Positions 16,488-24,648 of a stretch of 64,000 nt of DNA are shown piece after piece. The DNA is taken from assembly GCA_903884535.1 (NCBI GenBank), contig CAISEZ010000050.1, positions 16,600 through 80,599 on the forward strand. Reading direction: 5' to 3'. Origin of the DNA: an uncultured Verrucomicrobia subdivision 3 bacterium. Its GTDB lineage: Bacteria; Verrucomicrobiota; Verrucomicrobiia; Limisphaerales; UBA11358. The translations under genes were made by a program, and so were the position numbers. Position 1 is the stretch's first letter. Every line of letters starts with the position of its first letter. The notes beneath the pieces are model-generated. The model was not told the origin of the DNA. It searched no databases and saw nothing but the letters and a program-made list of their open reading frames with translations.

Positions 16488-18233
16488 ATGGCCAAGATCA
16501 AATCATTCGCGGAACGCATCGCCGACGCGCTCGTCGAAGACGGTTTGTTGAGCGCGAGTCAGATTGAGGAGTTGCTCGAACGCCAGAAAAAAGAAGGCGC
16601 GCGGCTGGTAAAACTGCTCATTGATAAAGACAAGCAATACGTCAGTCCCGACGATCTCGCGGTGTGCATGGGCCGCGTGTTGAACGTCTCGCCGATCAAT
16701 CTCGCCCGCATCAATATCCAGCCGGAAATCGTGGAACTGGTGCCCCGCGACACCGCCCATAACCACCGCGTCGTCCCCGTCAGCCGCCTCGAGAATAAAT
16801 TATTTCTCGCGATGGCCGACCCGTTGAACGTCCTCGCGATTGACGACGTCCGGCGCATCACCAAGCTGGACATCGCGCCGCTGATCGCGTCCGAAAAAGC
16901 CATCACGGAAAAGCTGACCGCCTTTGATTCCGCCAAAAGCGGTTCGATGGAGGACATCATCCAGGACGCCGAGAAAAAACGGGACGCGGAAAACGACGCC
17001 GACTCGATTGAATCCGTGAAGGAGAACGTCGAGGAAATGAACCTCGACCAATTGGCCGCGTCCAGCGAGGAAGCGCCGGTCATCAAGCTCGCGAACCTGA
17101 TTATTCTCCAGGCGATCAAGGACCGCGCGAGCGATATTCATCTCGAGCCGTTTGAAAAGGTCATGCGGTTGCGCTACCGGATTGACGGCGTGCTGATTGA
17201 CGCCACGCCGCCGCCCAAGCAGATGCAGCTTGCGCTCGCCTCGCGGCTGAAAATCATGAGCAACCTCGACATCGCCGAACGCCGCATGCCGCAGGACGGC
17301 CGCATGCGCGTCAAGGTGAGCGGCAAGGATTTTGATTTGCGCGTCTCGGCGCTGCCCACGGTTCACGGCGAAAAAATGGTGCTGCGCGTCCTCGACAAAA
17401 GCAATTTGTCCGCGAGCCTCGACAAGCTTGGCCTGGATGAAGGCACATTCAAGCAGTTTAGGACCGCAATCGACGCGCCGCACGGGTTGATTCTCGTCAC
17501 CGGCCCGACCGGTTCCGGCAAGACCACCACGCTCTATTCCGCGCTCAACGAGCTGAACAATCCGCAGTGGAACATCATCACCGTCGAAGACCCCGTCGAA
17601 TTTCAGATTCCCGGCATCAACCAGGTGCCGACCAAAAAAGAAATCGGCCTCACCTTCGCCAGCGCGCTGCGGTCCATTTTGCGGCAGGATCCGGACATCA
17701 TCATGATCGGGGAAATCCGCGACACCGAGACGGCGGAAATCGCCATCGAAGCGGCGCTCACCGGCCATCAGGTGCTGTCCACGATGCACTGCAACGACGC
17801 GCCCGGCGCCATCGCGCGCCTCGACGACATGGGCATCGCGCCGTTTTTGATTTCCTCCTCCGCGATTCTTTCCTGTGCGCAGCGCCTCATGCGCCGCATC
17901 TGTTCGCATTGCAAGGAACCGGTCACCTACCCGGCAAAAATGTTTGAAGATCTCGGCATTGATCCGGTTATTTTTGACGGCGTCCAGCTATTCCGCGGGC
18001 GCGGCTGTGAACGCTGTAAAAATTCCGGTTACGTCGGCCGCATGGCGATTATCGAAGCCATGACCATCACGGATCAAATCCGCAAACTCATCATCTCCCG
18101 CGCCAGCACCCGGGAAATGGCCAAACTCGCTGTGAACCAAGGCATGCGCACCCTCCGCATGGTCGCGCTCGACCGCGCCCGCGACGCCTCCTCCACGCTC
18201 GAACAAGTGCTCGTCACCACGTCCGCGTATTGA
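16488..18233 (+). CDS. GspE/PilB-family secretion/pilus assembly ATPase
   Basis: T2SSE_N domain, Walker A GPTGSGKTT, Walker B IIMIGEIRD, tetracysteine CSHCKE...CERCKNSGY. ATG 16488 lies 2 nt after the upstream stop; the track start 16317 overlaps the previous gene. Confidence 0.9.
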   Translation: MAKIKSFAERIADALVEDGLLSASQIEELLERQKKEGARLVKLLIDKDKQYVSPDDLAVCMGRVLNVSPINLARINIQPEIVELVPRDTAHNHRVVPVSRLENKLFLAMADPLNVLAIDDVRRITKLDIAPLIASEKAITEKLTAFDSAKSGSMEDIIQDAEKKRDAENDADSIESVKENVEEMNLDQLAASSEEAPVIKLANLIILQAIKDRASDIHLEPFEKVMRLRYRIDGVLIDATPPPKQMQLALASRLKIMSNLDIAERRMPQDGRMRVKVSGKDFDLRVSALPTVHGEKMVLRVLDKSNLSASLDKLGLDEGTFKQFRTAIDAPHGLILVTGPTGSGKTTTLYSALNELNNPQWNIITVEDPVEFQIPGINQVPTKKEIGLTFASALRSILRQDPDIIMIGEIRDTETAEIAIEAALTGHQVLSTMHCNDAPGAIARLDDMGIAPFLISSSAILSCAQRLMRRICSHCKEPVTYPAKMFEDLGIDPVIFDGVQLFRGRGCERCKNSGYVGRMAIIEAMTITDQIRKLIISRASTREMAKLAVNQGMRTLRMVALDRARDASSTLEQVLVTTSAY

Positions 18234-19227
18234 CCTGGCCAAACGGATCGCCCAACGGTGGCGGCTCTTTGGAAAGCCACGGCGGCAATTGCACCAACGG
18301 TTTTTTCGGGGCCGCCGGCAGCGGCGCTCCGGTCAGTCCGGGCAGCGGCACGATGCCGGTGGGCCGGCCGATGCCGCTTTGCAACGGCGTGTAGGATTGA
18401 CCCAGCGGATTGAACAGTGGCACTGGCTGCAGATTGGGATCCGCCGCCGGCAGCAACGGTGTCGTTGAAAACCGTGTGGCGGTGGTCATTTTTTCCGGCG
18501 GTGCGCCCGGCTCCATCAGTGCTTTGAACCGCTCCATTGCCGCGAGCTGCGCCAAGTCCGGCTTCGGCAACGGCGCCAGACGGCCAAACGAACCGGTCGA
18601 ATCCTGATTTTGATCCGCGCCAAACGGCGAGTCCGCCGGCGCGTTGATCAGTTGATCAAAATATTTCCGCGAACCGGTGGCTAGGCGCGGATCCGGTTTG
18701 GCAAACGGGCCGTTCGCCGCATCCGCCGCGCGCGCCGCGAACGGATTCATTTCATCCAGTGCCGCCTCCGGTCGCCGCAGCGCATTGGTCGCCGAAAACG
18801 AGGCCGCCAGATTTTGCCGCCGCAGGTAGCGCTCCGTCGGCGTGCGTTTGTCATCCCCCGTCGGATCCGGCAGCCCCATGATTTGTTCCGCCGTCGGCAC
18901 GCCCATAATTTCCTGCGGCGTCTCAAGCGTCCAGTTTTTGCGCTTGTCGAGCGTGTCCTTCAGCGACTGGCTCATTATCGGCGGCGGCCCCAGCGGTGTC
19001 GGTTTCTGGTCCGGGGCGAAATTGAACAATTGCTTCGGGGCATTAAAATCACCGGACCGGCCTTGCAGTTTTGAACCCGAGTCCATTATGAAGGAATTCG
19101 CCTTGTCCTCCGGGGTCTCTGTCGGCTTGGAAAATAAAATTGGCTGCTGCGCCGCTGCCGAAAATGCCGTTGCCACCGCCGCGCCAAGGGCGCAACGGGT
19201 CAAAAATCTGGACGGCCAAGCATTCAT
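18214..19227 (-). CDS. Secreted proline-rich low-complexity protein, unknown function
   Basis: Signal-peptide-like N-terminus (RCALGAAVATAFSAAAQQ) followed by a P/A/G/L-rich sequence without recognisable domains. Its 3' end overlaps the ATPase gene 3' end by 20 nt (convergent). Confidence 0.55.
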   Translation of the reverse strand: MNAWPSRFLTRCALGAAVATAFSAAAQQPILFSKPTETPEDKANSFIMDSGSKLQGRSGDFNAPKQLFNFAPDQKPTPLGPPPIMSQSLKDTLDKRKNWTLETPQEIMGVPTAEQIMGLPDPTGDDKRTPTERYLRRQNLAASFSATNALRRPEAALDEMNPFAARAADAANGPFAKPDPRLATGSRKYFDQLINAPADSPFGADQNQDSTGSFGRLAPLPKPDLAQLAAMERFKALMEPGAPPEKMTTATRFSTTPLLPAADPNLQPVPLFNPLGQSYTPLQSGIGRPTGIVPLPGLTGAPLPAAPKKPLVQLPPWLSKEPPPLGDPFGQVNTRTW

Positions 19228-19299
19228 CTTCAGTTTTATACGCTAGAACAATGGACATCCCCCGTCAAAATGAATTCAATTTAAGTTGAGACCGGGGCA

Positions 19300-19352
19300 G
19301 TTGAGAGTTGCGGGAAAGGCATCGCAGCGGCGGTTTTCGTTGAACTCTCAAC
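19300..19352. repeat. Hairpin element (gttgagagtt ... aactctcaac, about 33-nt loop) just downstream of the FmdB gene
   Basis: 10-bp perfect inverted repeat read directly. The word ttgag/ctcaa also recurs at 19285-19290. Confidence 0.5.
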
Positions 19353-19355
19353 GCA

Positions 19356-19601
19356 TCACTGCTTCTCGTATTCACCCTTGCCGAGCCGCTTGTAAACCTG
19401 GAAGCCGGATTTTTTCGCATCCGACACGGACAGCGGCTTGAGCTTGTGCGGCGTGGTGAAGGCGGAAAAGATTTTTTGCACCGGCTTTTTGCACGCCGGG
19501 CATTTCGTCAGCGGCGGCGCGGACAGCGGCCGGTTGAGCGTGAATTTGCCGCCGCAGACCTTGCACTCGCCGTCGCACAATTCGTATTCGTAAAGAGGCA
19601 T
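19356..19601 (-). CDS. FmdB-family zinc-ribbon protein (paralogue 1)
   Basis: MPLYEYELCDGECKVCGGKF...CPACKK: the MPxYEY + CxxC...CxxC signature of the FmdB/CxxC_CxxC_SSSS family. Confidence 0.8.
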   Translation of the reverse strand: MPLYEYELCDGECKVCGGKFTLNRPLSAPPLTKCPACKKPVQKIFSAFTTPHKLKPLSVSDAKKSGFQVYKRLGKGEYEKQ

Positions 19602-19615
19602 AATTTGACCACCCT

Positions 19616-20662
19616 TTATTTACCATGATTTCCGCCGTTCCGCCATGCTGCGAGTTGGTTTTTTGCCAGTTGCTTCTGCTCCGGACTGAAGGCGGGATTG
19701 GCCTCAATCTGCCGGACAATTTTTTCGGCGCGGTGAACATTGCCCGAATGCCGGCCAAACGCCTCGGCCAGTTTCAGCTGGGCATCAAAATCCTGCGGCT
19801 GTTCCGCCGTTTGCTGTTCGAGCCGTTCAATGGCCGTGCCGAAAAATCCCTGGGCCAGCAGTTCGTCAACTGATTCGGTCGGGGCGGTGGTGACAATCTT
19901 TTCGGGTTTGGGCCGGCTCCACTCCTCAATTGACCGGCGTGCGAACTCGATGTGGCCCGCCGCCACGTGCGCTTGTTTTTCCAATCGCCGCAAAACTTCA
20001 TGCGCCTGGCTGGGGCGCCGCAACTCCTGCGCGTAGAGCCGCACCAGCATCATCGCTGCCGCCAGATCCTCCGGATTTTTTTTGAGCAGGGCGTTAAGTA
20101 ATTTTTCCGCCTCGGCAAATTTCCCCTGCGCCCGCAATTGGTCGGCCTCTGCCATCGGCTTGGGCAGTTGCGCGCGTTCCGGTTTCACGCCCAGAAATTC
20201 TAGCGTCATCTCCAGCGTCGCCAGGTTCACTTCGCCGGACGTTTTGAGTTCCTGGCACAACTTGATGGCCTCGTCGCGCCGGCCGTTTTGGATCAGGTGT
20301 GCGATGGTGTCCATGTAGCGCTGGCTCTGGCCGAAATCCAGCGGCCGGTCGTCGTGCAAATTGGGATCCACGAGCCGGAGAAAACCGTGTGCGAACACCT
20401 CCGCCAGACTGCTGCGCAACAGCAGCGCCAGCGACGGCGGCAAAATCATCAATAACGGAATGCCACCCAGTCCGGTGTCTCCCTCAACCACCCAAAGCCC
20501 CACGCCCACCAGCCAAACAATGGCCACGCAACGAATGAGCCGAGAAAAGTAATGCGTCTGTTTGCTTTCGCCGCCGGCGGTTTTATCAAAGCCGGTCAGC
20601 CACCACACACCGCCCGCCACCAGCGTCAGCACGGCGGTGTTCAGAAAGGTCATCGTGAACAC
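19616..20662 (-). CDS. Membrane protein with N-terminal TM helices and C-terminal TPR-like repeats
   Basis: Three or four hydrophobic helices in the first about 90 aa, then helical repeats (AEADQLRAQGKFAEAEKLLNALLKKNPEDLAA...). 12-14 nt gaps to both neighbours. Confidence 0.65.
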   Translation of the reverse strand: MFTMTFLNTAVLTLVAGGVWWLTGFDKTAGGESKQTHYFSRLIRCVAIVWLVGVGLWVVEGDTGLGGIPLLMILPPSLALLLRSSLAEVFAHGFLRLVDPNLHDDRPLDFGQSQRYMDTIAHLIQNGRRDEAIKLCQELKTSGEVNLATLEMTLEFLGVKPERAQLPKPMAEADQLRAQGKFAEAEKLLNALLKKNPEDLAAAMMLVRLYAQELRRPSQAHEVLRRLEKQAHVAAGHIEFARRSIEEWSRPKPEKIVTTAPTESVDELLAQGFFGTAIERLEQQTAEQPQDFDAQLKLAEAFGRHSGNVHRAEKIVRQIEANPAFSPEQKQLAKNQLAAWRNGGNHGK

Positions 20663-20674
20663 CCGGTTGGCTTT

Positions 20675-21457
20675 CTATTTTTTCAAAAACGCGCTGAACA
20701 AGTCAATCGGCAGCGGCAGGAACGTCGTCGTGTTGTGCTCGCTCGCCATTTCGCGCATGGTCTGGAGATAGCGCAGTTGCAGCGCAATCGGCTCCTTGGC
20801 GATCAGGCCGGCGGCTTGCACCATTTTTTCGGCGGCTTGGAATTCGCCTTCGGCGTTCACCACTTTCGCGCGGCGTTCGCGTTCGGCCTCGGCCTGCTTG
20901 GCCATCGCGCGTTTCATGCTGTCCGGCAGCGCCACTTCTTTGACTTCCACCGACGTGACTTTGATGCCCCACGGCTCGGTCTGCTTATCAATGATCTCCT
21001 GCAATTTCTGGTTGATGATGTCGCGCTGCGACAGCAGTTCGTCCAGCGCGGATTGGCCGAGAACGCTGCGCAGGGTCGTCTGCCCGATGAGCGAAGTGGC
21101 CTTCCAATAATTTTCCACCTTCACCACGGCCGCGTTCGGATCCACGACGCGAAAATAAATCACCGCGTCCACCGTGGCCGGCACATTGTCCTTGGTCATG
21201 ACTTCCTGCTTGGGCACGTCAATTGTCACCACGCGCAAATCCATCTTCACCATTTTATCCACCATCGGGATCAGGAAAATCAGCCCCGGACCTTTCGCGC
21301 CTTGGAGTTTGCCCAGCCGAAAAATCACGCCGCGCTCGTATTCACGCAGGATGCGGATGGATTGCGGCAGGATGAACACCGCCAGCACCACGATTACAAT
21401 GATGACCGGGGCGGAAGCGCCAAACATGCTCAAAAGACCGCTGATAATTTGTTCCAT
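20675..21457 (-). CDS. SPFH/band-7 (stomatin-like) protein
   Basis: N-terminal TM, then the [18 protein letters not shown]...[16 protein letters not shown] stomatin core and the [11 protein letters not shown] coiled tail. Confidence 0.9.
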   Translation of the reverse strand: MEQIISGLLSMFGASAPVIIVIVVLAVFILPQSIRILREYERGVIFRLGKLQGAKGPGLIFLIPMVDKMVKMDLRVVTIDVPKQEVMTKDNVPATVDAVIYFRVVDPNAAVVKVENYWKATSLIGQTTLRSVLGQSALDELLSQRDIINQKLQEIIDKQTEPWGIKVTSVEVKEVALPDSMKRAMAKQAEAERERRAKVVNAEGEFQAAEKMVQAAGLIAKEPIALQLRYLQTMREMASEHNTTTFLPLPIDLFSAFLKK

Positions 21458-21469
21458 AATTTTTCTCCG

Positions 21470-22747
21470 TTAGTTGTTTTTTGATTTCACCGTCAAAGTC
21501 AGGCCGGCGATGCCGACAATTTCCACGCGTTGTCCGGCTTCGACGGGCGTGGCGCTCACGGCGTTCCACGTTTCGCCTTCAATGAATACTTTGCCGCCGC
21601 CAGAATCAATGCGCGAAAGCGCGTTCACGGTTTTTCCCAGCATCGTGCCGGTGCCGGTCTGCGCCGGTTTGAACTGCGCGCGGATGCCCTTGCCCACGAC
21701 AAAAATGAAAAACAGCGCCGTCAGCAGCGTCGCCGGAATGATCCAGCGCAGCGACAAACCAAAGCCCGGTCCGGCTTGGCTGAACAGCATCATTGCGCCG
21801 AGAAAAAAAGTCACGATGCCGCCGGCGGTCAAAACCCCGTGCGTCGGCGAAAAAACATCCGCCATGAATAAAATGACTGCCAGTCCGATCAGCACCAGCC
21901 CGGTGATGTTGACCGGCAGGATCGCCGACATGTAAAGCACCAGGATCAGCGCAGTCGCCCCGACCACGCCCGGTAGAATTGCGCCCGGACTGCTCAACTC
22001 GCCCATGATACCGTAGATCACCATCAGCATCAGAATGAACATCACTTCCGGCCGCAGGAACAATTGCGAAAATTGTTCGAACGGGTTCATCGGAATTTCC
22101 ACAACTGTTGCGCCGGCGGTTTTCAAAGCCGTGCCGTTGATTTTGCGACCGTCAAGCTGCTTCAATAAATCCGGCAGATCGGCGGCGATGAAATCAATGA
22201 CATTTGTTTTCAACGCTTCCTCCGCAGTGATGGAAGCGCTGTCGAGCACGGCGGACTTGGCCCACGCCACGCTACGATGCCGCTTGTCGGCGATGGATTG
22301 GGCGAAGCTGGCGGTGTCGTTCTCCATTTTCTTTTTCATCACGTCGTCGGTTTTTTCCACCTCGCCGCTCGAGCCGAGTTCCACCGGATGCGCCGCGCCG
22401 ATCCGCGTGTGCGGCGCCATCACGGCCACATCCGCCGCCATGGTGATGAAAACGCCGGCGCTGCCGGCGCGCGCCGGTGCCGGCGAAACGTAAACAACGG
22501 TTGGAATTTTCGCGGCATAGAATTTTTCAACAATTTGCGAAGCTGAGTCCACCAACCCGCCGGGCGTGTCGAGCTGGATGACGAGGCACTCGTCCTTTTG
22601 ATCCGTCGCGGTGTCAATCGCCCGGGCGATGTAGCTAGCCGTGGCCGGGCCGATGGCGCCGTTGATTTTGATAAGCCCCACCTGCGCAGCGTTGAGAGCC
22701 ACGCTGAAGAAGATTCCAACCACCGCAATGAAACGCCAGTGCCGCAT
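21470..22747 (-). CDS. NfeD-family membrane-bound ClpP-class serine protease
   Basis: Periplasmic ClpP-like domain (IKINGAIGPATASYI...LDTPGG), multi-TM middle, C-terminal OB NfeD domain (KVFIEGETWNAVS...RVEIVGIAGLTLTV). ATG 22747 (MRHWRF, signal/TM) preferred over the TTG at 22795. Confidence 0.85.
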   Translation of the reverse strand: MRHWRFIAVVGIFFSVALNAAQVGLIKINGAIGPATASYIARAIDTATDQKDECLVIQLDTPGGLVDSASQIVEKFYAAKIPTVVYVSPAPARAGSAGVFITMAADVAVMAPHTRIGAAHPVELGSSGEVEKTDDVMKKKMENDTASFAQSIADKRHRSVAWAKSAVLDSASITAEEALKTNVIDFIAADLPDLLKQLDGRKINGTALKTAGATVVEIPMNPFEQFSQLFLRPEVMFILMLMVIYGIMGELSSPGAILPGVVGATALILVLYMSAILPVNITGLVLIGLAVILFMADVFSPTHGVLTAGGIVTFFLGAMMLFSQAGPGFGLSLRWIIPATLLTALFFIFVVGKGIRAQFKPAQTGTGTMLGKTVNALSRIDSGGGKVFIEGETWNAVSATPVEAGQRVEIVGIAGLTLTVKSKNN

Positions 22748-22806
22748 AAGTTTCCCAATTCGAATCCAACCTAACAAAAGTTCCCGAGAGCGCAAATGAA
22801 ACTTAT

Positions 22807-22983
22807 TCAGCCGCTATGCTCGTCGGCGGTGCCCGCGCAACTCGAACCGGCCAGCGTCACGCACTCCGAACACAGAAATTGCCCGGCGATTTCCAGCGCG
22901 TCAAAACTGCCGCAGCGTTCGCAAACCGCTTCTTCAGTTGAAATGATTGGTTTCAATTCCGTTTTTTCAACCACGAAACACAC
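22807..22983 (-). CDS. Candidate small zinc-ribbon protein (58 aa, GTG start)
   Basis: Below the 60-aa track cutoff. Hand translation gives VCFVVEKTELKPIISTEEAVCERCGSFDALEIAGQFLCSECVTLAGSSCAGTADEHSG* with CxxC-x13-CxxC. There is no ATG, and the 5' end lies inside a repeat arm. Confidence 0.3.
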   Translation of the reverse strand: MCFVVEKTELKPIISTEEAVCERCGSFDALEIAGQFLCSECVTLAGSSCAGTADEHSG

Positions 22984-23041
22984 GAACTACACGAAAATCC
23001 TTTCTGGGTTTCCTTTCGTGTTTTTAGTGTATTTCGTGGTT
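22969..23041. repeat. Palindromic intergenic element (cacgaa word family)
   Basis: aaccacgaaacacacgaactacacgaaa (22969-22996) versus the reverse complement of tttcgtgtttttagtgtatttcgtggtt (23014-23041): 24/28 matches. The right arm abuts the trpE stop. Confidence 0.75.
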
Positions 23042-24545
23042 AATCCGCCTTCCCAAAACTTTCCGCCATCGCAATCGCCTTCCGCATCGCCATGGATTTA
23101 TTGATCGTCTCCTGATATTCGCCTTCCGGCGTGGAGTCGTTCACCCAGCCGCCACCGGCCTGGACATACGCCTTGCCGTCCTTGATGAGCGCGGTGCGGA
23201 TGGTGATGCAGGTGTCTAAATTCCCGTTGAAAGAAAAATAGCCGACCGCACCGGCGTAAGTGCCGCGCGTGGTCTGCTCCAGTTCGGAAATAATCTGCAT
23301 CGCGCGAATCTTCGGCGCGCCGCTGACCGTGCCGGCGGGAAACGTCGCGCGCATCAAATCGTAATTCGTTTTATCGGCGGACAATTTGCCTTCCACCTGC
23401 GACACGATGTGCATGACGTGGCTGTAACGCTCGATAAACATCAGGTCCTTCACCTGCACGCTGCCGAAATCGCAGACGCGGCCGATGTCGTTGCGCGCGA
23501 GGTCCACGAGCATGACGTGCTCGGCGCGTTCTTTCGGATCGGCGAGCAATTCTTTTTCGAGCACCGCATCTTCGTCCTCGTTTTTGCCGCGCGGCCGCGT
23601 GCCGGCGATGGGGCGGATTTCCACTTTGCCTTCCTCACAGCGCACGTGCAATTCCGGCGACGCGCCGACGAGGGCAAAGCCGTTCAGCTCCAACAAAAAT
23701 AAATACGGCGACGGATTCACGTTGCGCACGGCGCGGTAAATATCCAGCGGTGAGGCTTTGACTGGTGCGGAAAAACGCTGCGAACCGACGACCTGGATGA
23801 TGTCGCCCGCCGTGATGAATTTTTTCGACGTCTCGACATTCGCGAAAAACTTTTCCTTCGTCTGGTTGGACGCGAAGGCGACGGCGGGAAAATCATTCGG
23901 CACGCCGACGGCGGTATGTTCGCTCGGTTGTTCGAGCAGCGAGACCAGCCGGTCGATTTCGCCGGTCGCATTTTCGTAAGCCTCCGCCGGACTTTCGGCG
24001 TCGTCGAGAATGGCGTTGACCAAGATCGTGATCGTCTGTTGCACCCGGTCAAAAATCAAAAGCTGGTCGGCGACGAGAAAATACATCACCGGTGTTTTCA
24101 GTTCATCCTGCTGCGGACGCGGCACGACGGGTTCGACGTCATGGATAAATTCGTAGCCGATGAAGCCGACCGCGCCGCCGGTGAAACGCGGCAGGCCCGG
24201 CACCGCCACCGCGCGAAATTTTTTCATCACGCGCTCGACGACTTCCAGTCCGTCCTTCACGTCCTTGCCGACCATCGCGGTTTCCGTCACGCGACCATTT
24301 TCGAACATCTGGACGTGCTGGCCGTCCTGCCGGATGACCGCGCGGGGATTGCAGCCGACAAAAGAATAGCGCCCGAGGTGTTCGCCGCCCTCGACGGATT
24401 CAAACAGAAACGATTCGCCCTCGCCGCGGATTTTGCGGTAGGCCGAGAGCGGCGTTTCCAGATCGGCGAGAATGCGGCGCGTGACGGGAATCAGATTTCC
24501 CTGCGTCGCGAAATTCAAAAACTCATCCAGCGTCGGCGAATACAT
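23040..24545 (-). CDS. trpE: Anthranilate synthase component I
   Basis: Chorismate-binding blocks IAGTRPRGKNEDEDAVLEKELLADPKERAEHVMLVDLARNDIGRV and GAVGYFSFNGNLDTCITIRT; 501 aa. Confidence 0.9.
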   Translation of the reverse strand: MYSPTLDEFLNFATQGNLIPVTRRILADLETPLSAYRKIRGEGESFLFESVEGGEHLGRYSFVGCNPRAVIRQDGQHVQMFENGRVTETAMVGKDVKDGLEVVERVMKKFRAVAVPGLPRFTGGAVGFIGYEFIHDVEPVVPRPQQDELKTPVMYFLVADQLLIFDRVQQTITILVNAILDDAESPAEAYENATGEIDRLVSLLEQPSEHTAVGVPNDFPAVAFASNQTKEKFFANVETSKKFITAGDIIQVVGSQRFSAPVKASPLDIYRAVRNVNPSPYLFLLELNGFALVGASPELHVRCEEGKVEIRPIAGTRPRGKNEDEDAVLEKELLADPKERAEHVMLVDLARNDIGRVCDFGSVQVKDLMFIERYSHVMHIVSQVEGKLSADKTNYDLMRATFPAGTVSGAPKIRAMQIISELEQTTRGTYAGAVGYFSFNGNLDTCITIRTALIKDGKAYVQAGGGWVNDSTPEGEYQETINKSMAMRKAIAMAESFGKAD

Positions 24546-24648
24546 GCGTCCTTTTTAGCCGAAGCGCGGCCAAAACAAAAGCAGGAAGCCGCAGAGAATC
24601 CGGCCTAGAATTGATTAGCCGGAAATACTTGCTGCATGAACCAAACCC

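Noticed and set aside
22745-22775. tRNA-like string attcgaatccaacc.
   Set aside because: It is only a T-arm-like hexamer/heptamer. No acceptor, D or anticodon arms can be drawn, and it lies at the 5' end of the NfeD gene region. I found no tRNA or rRNA genes anywhere in the window.
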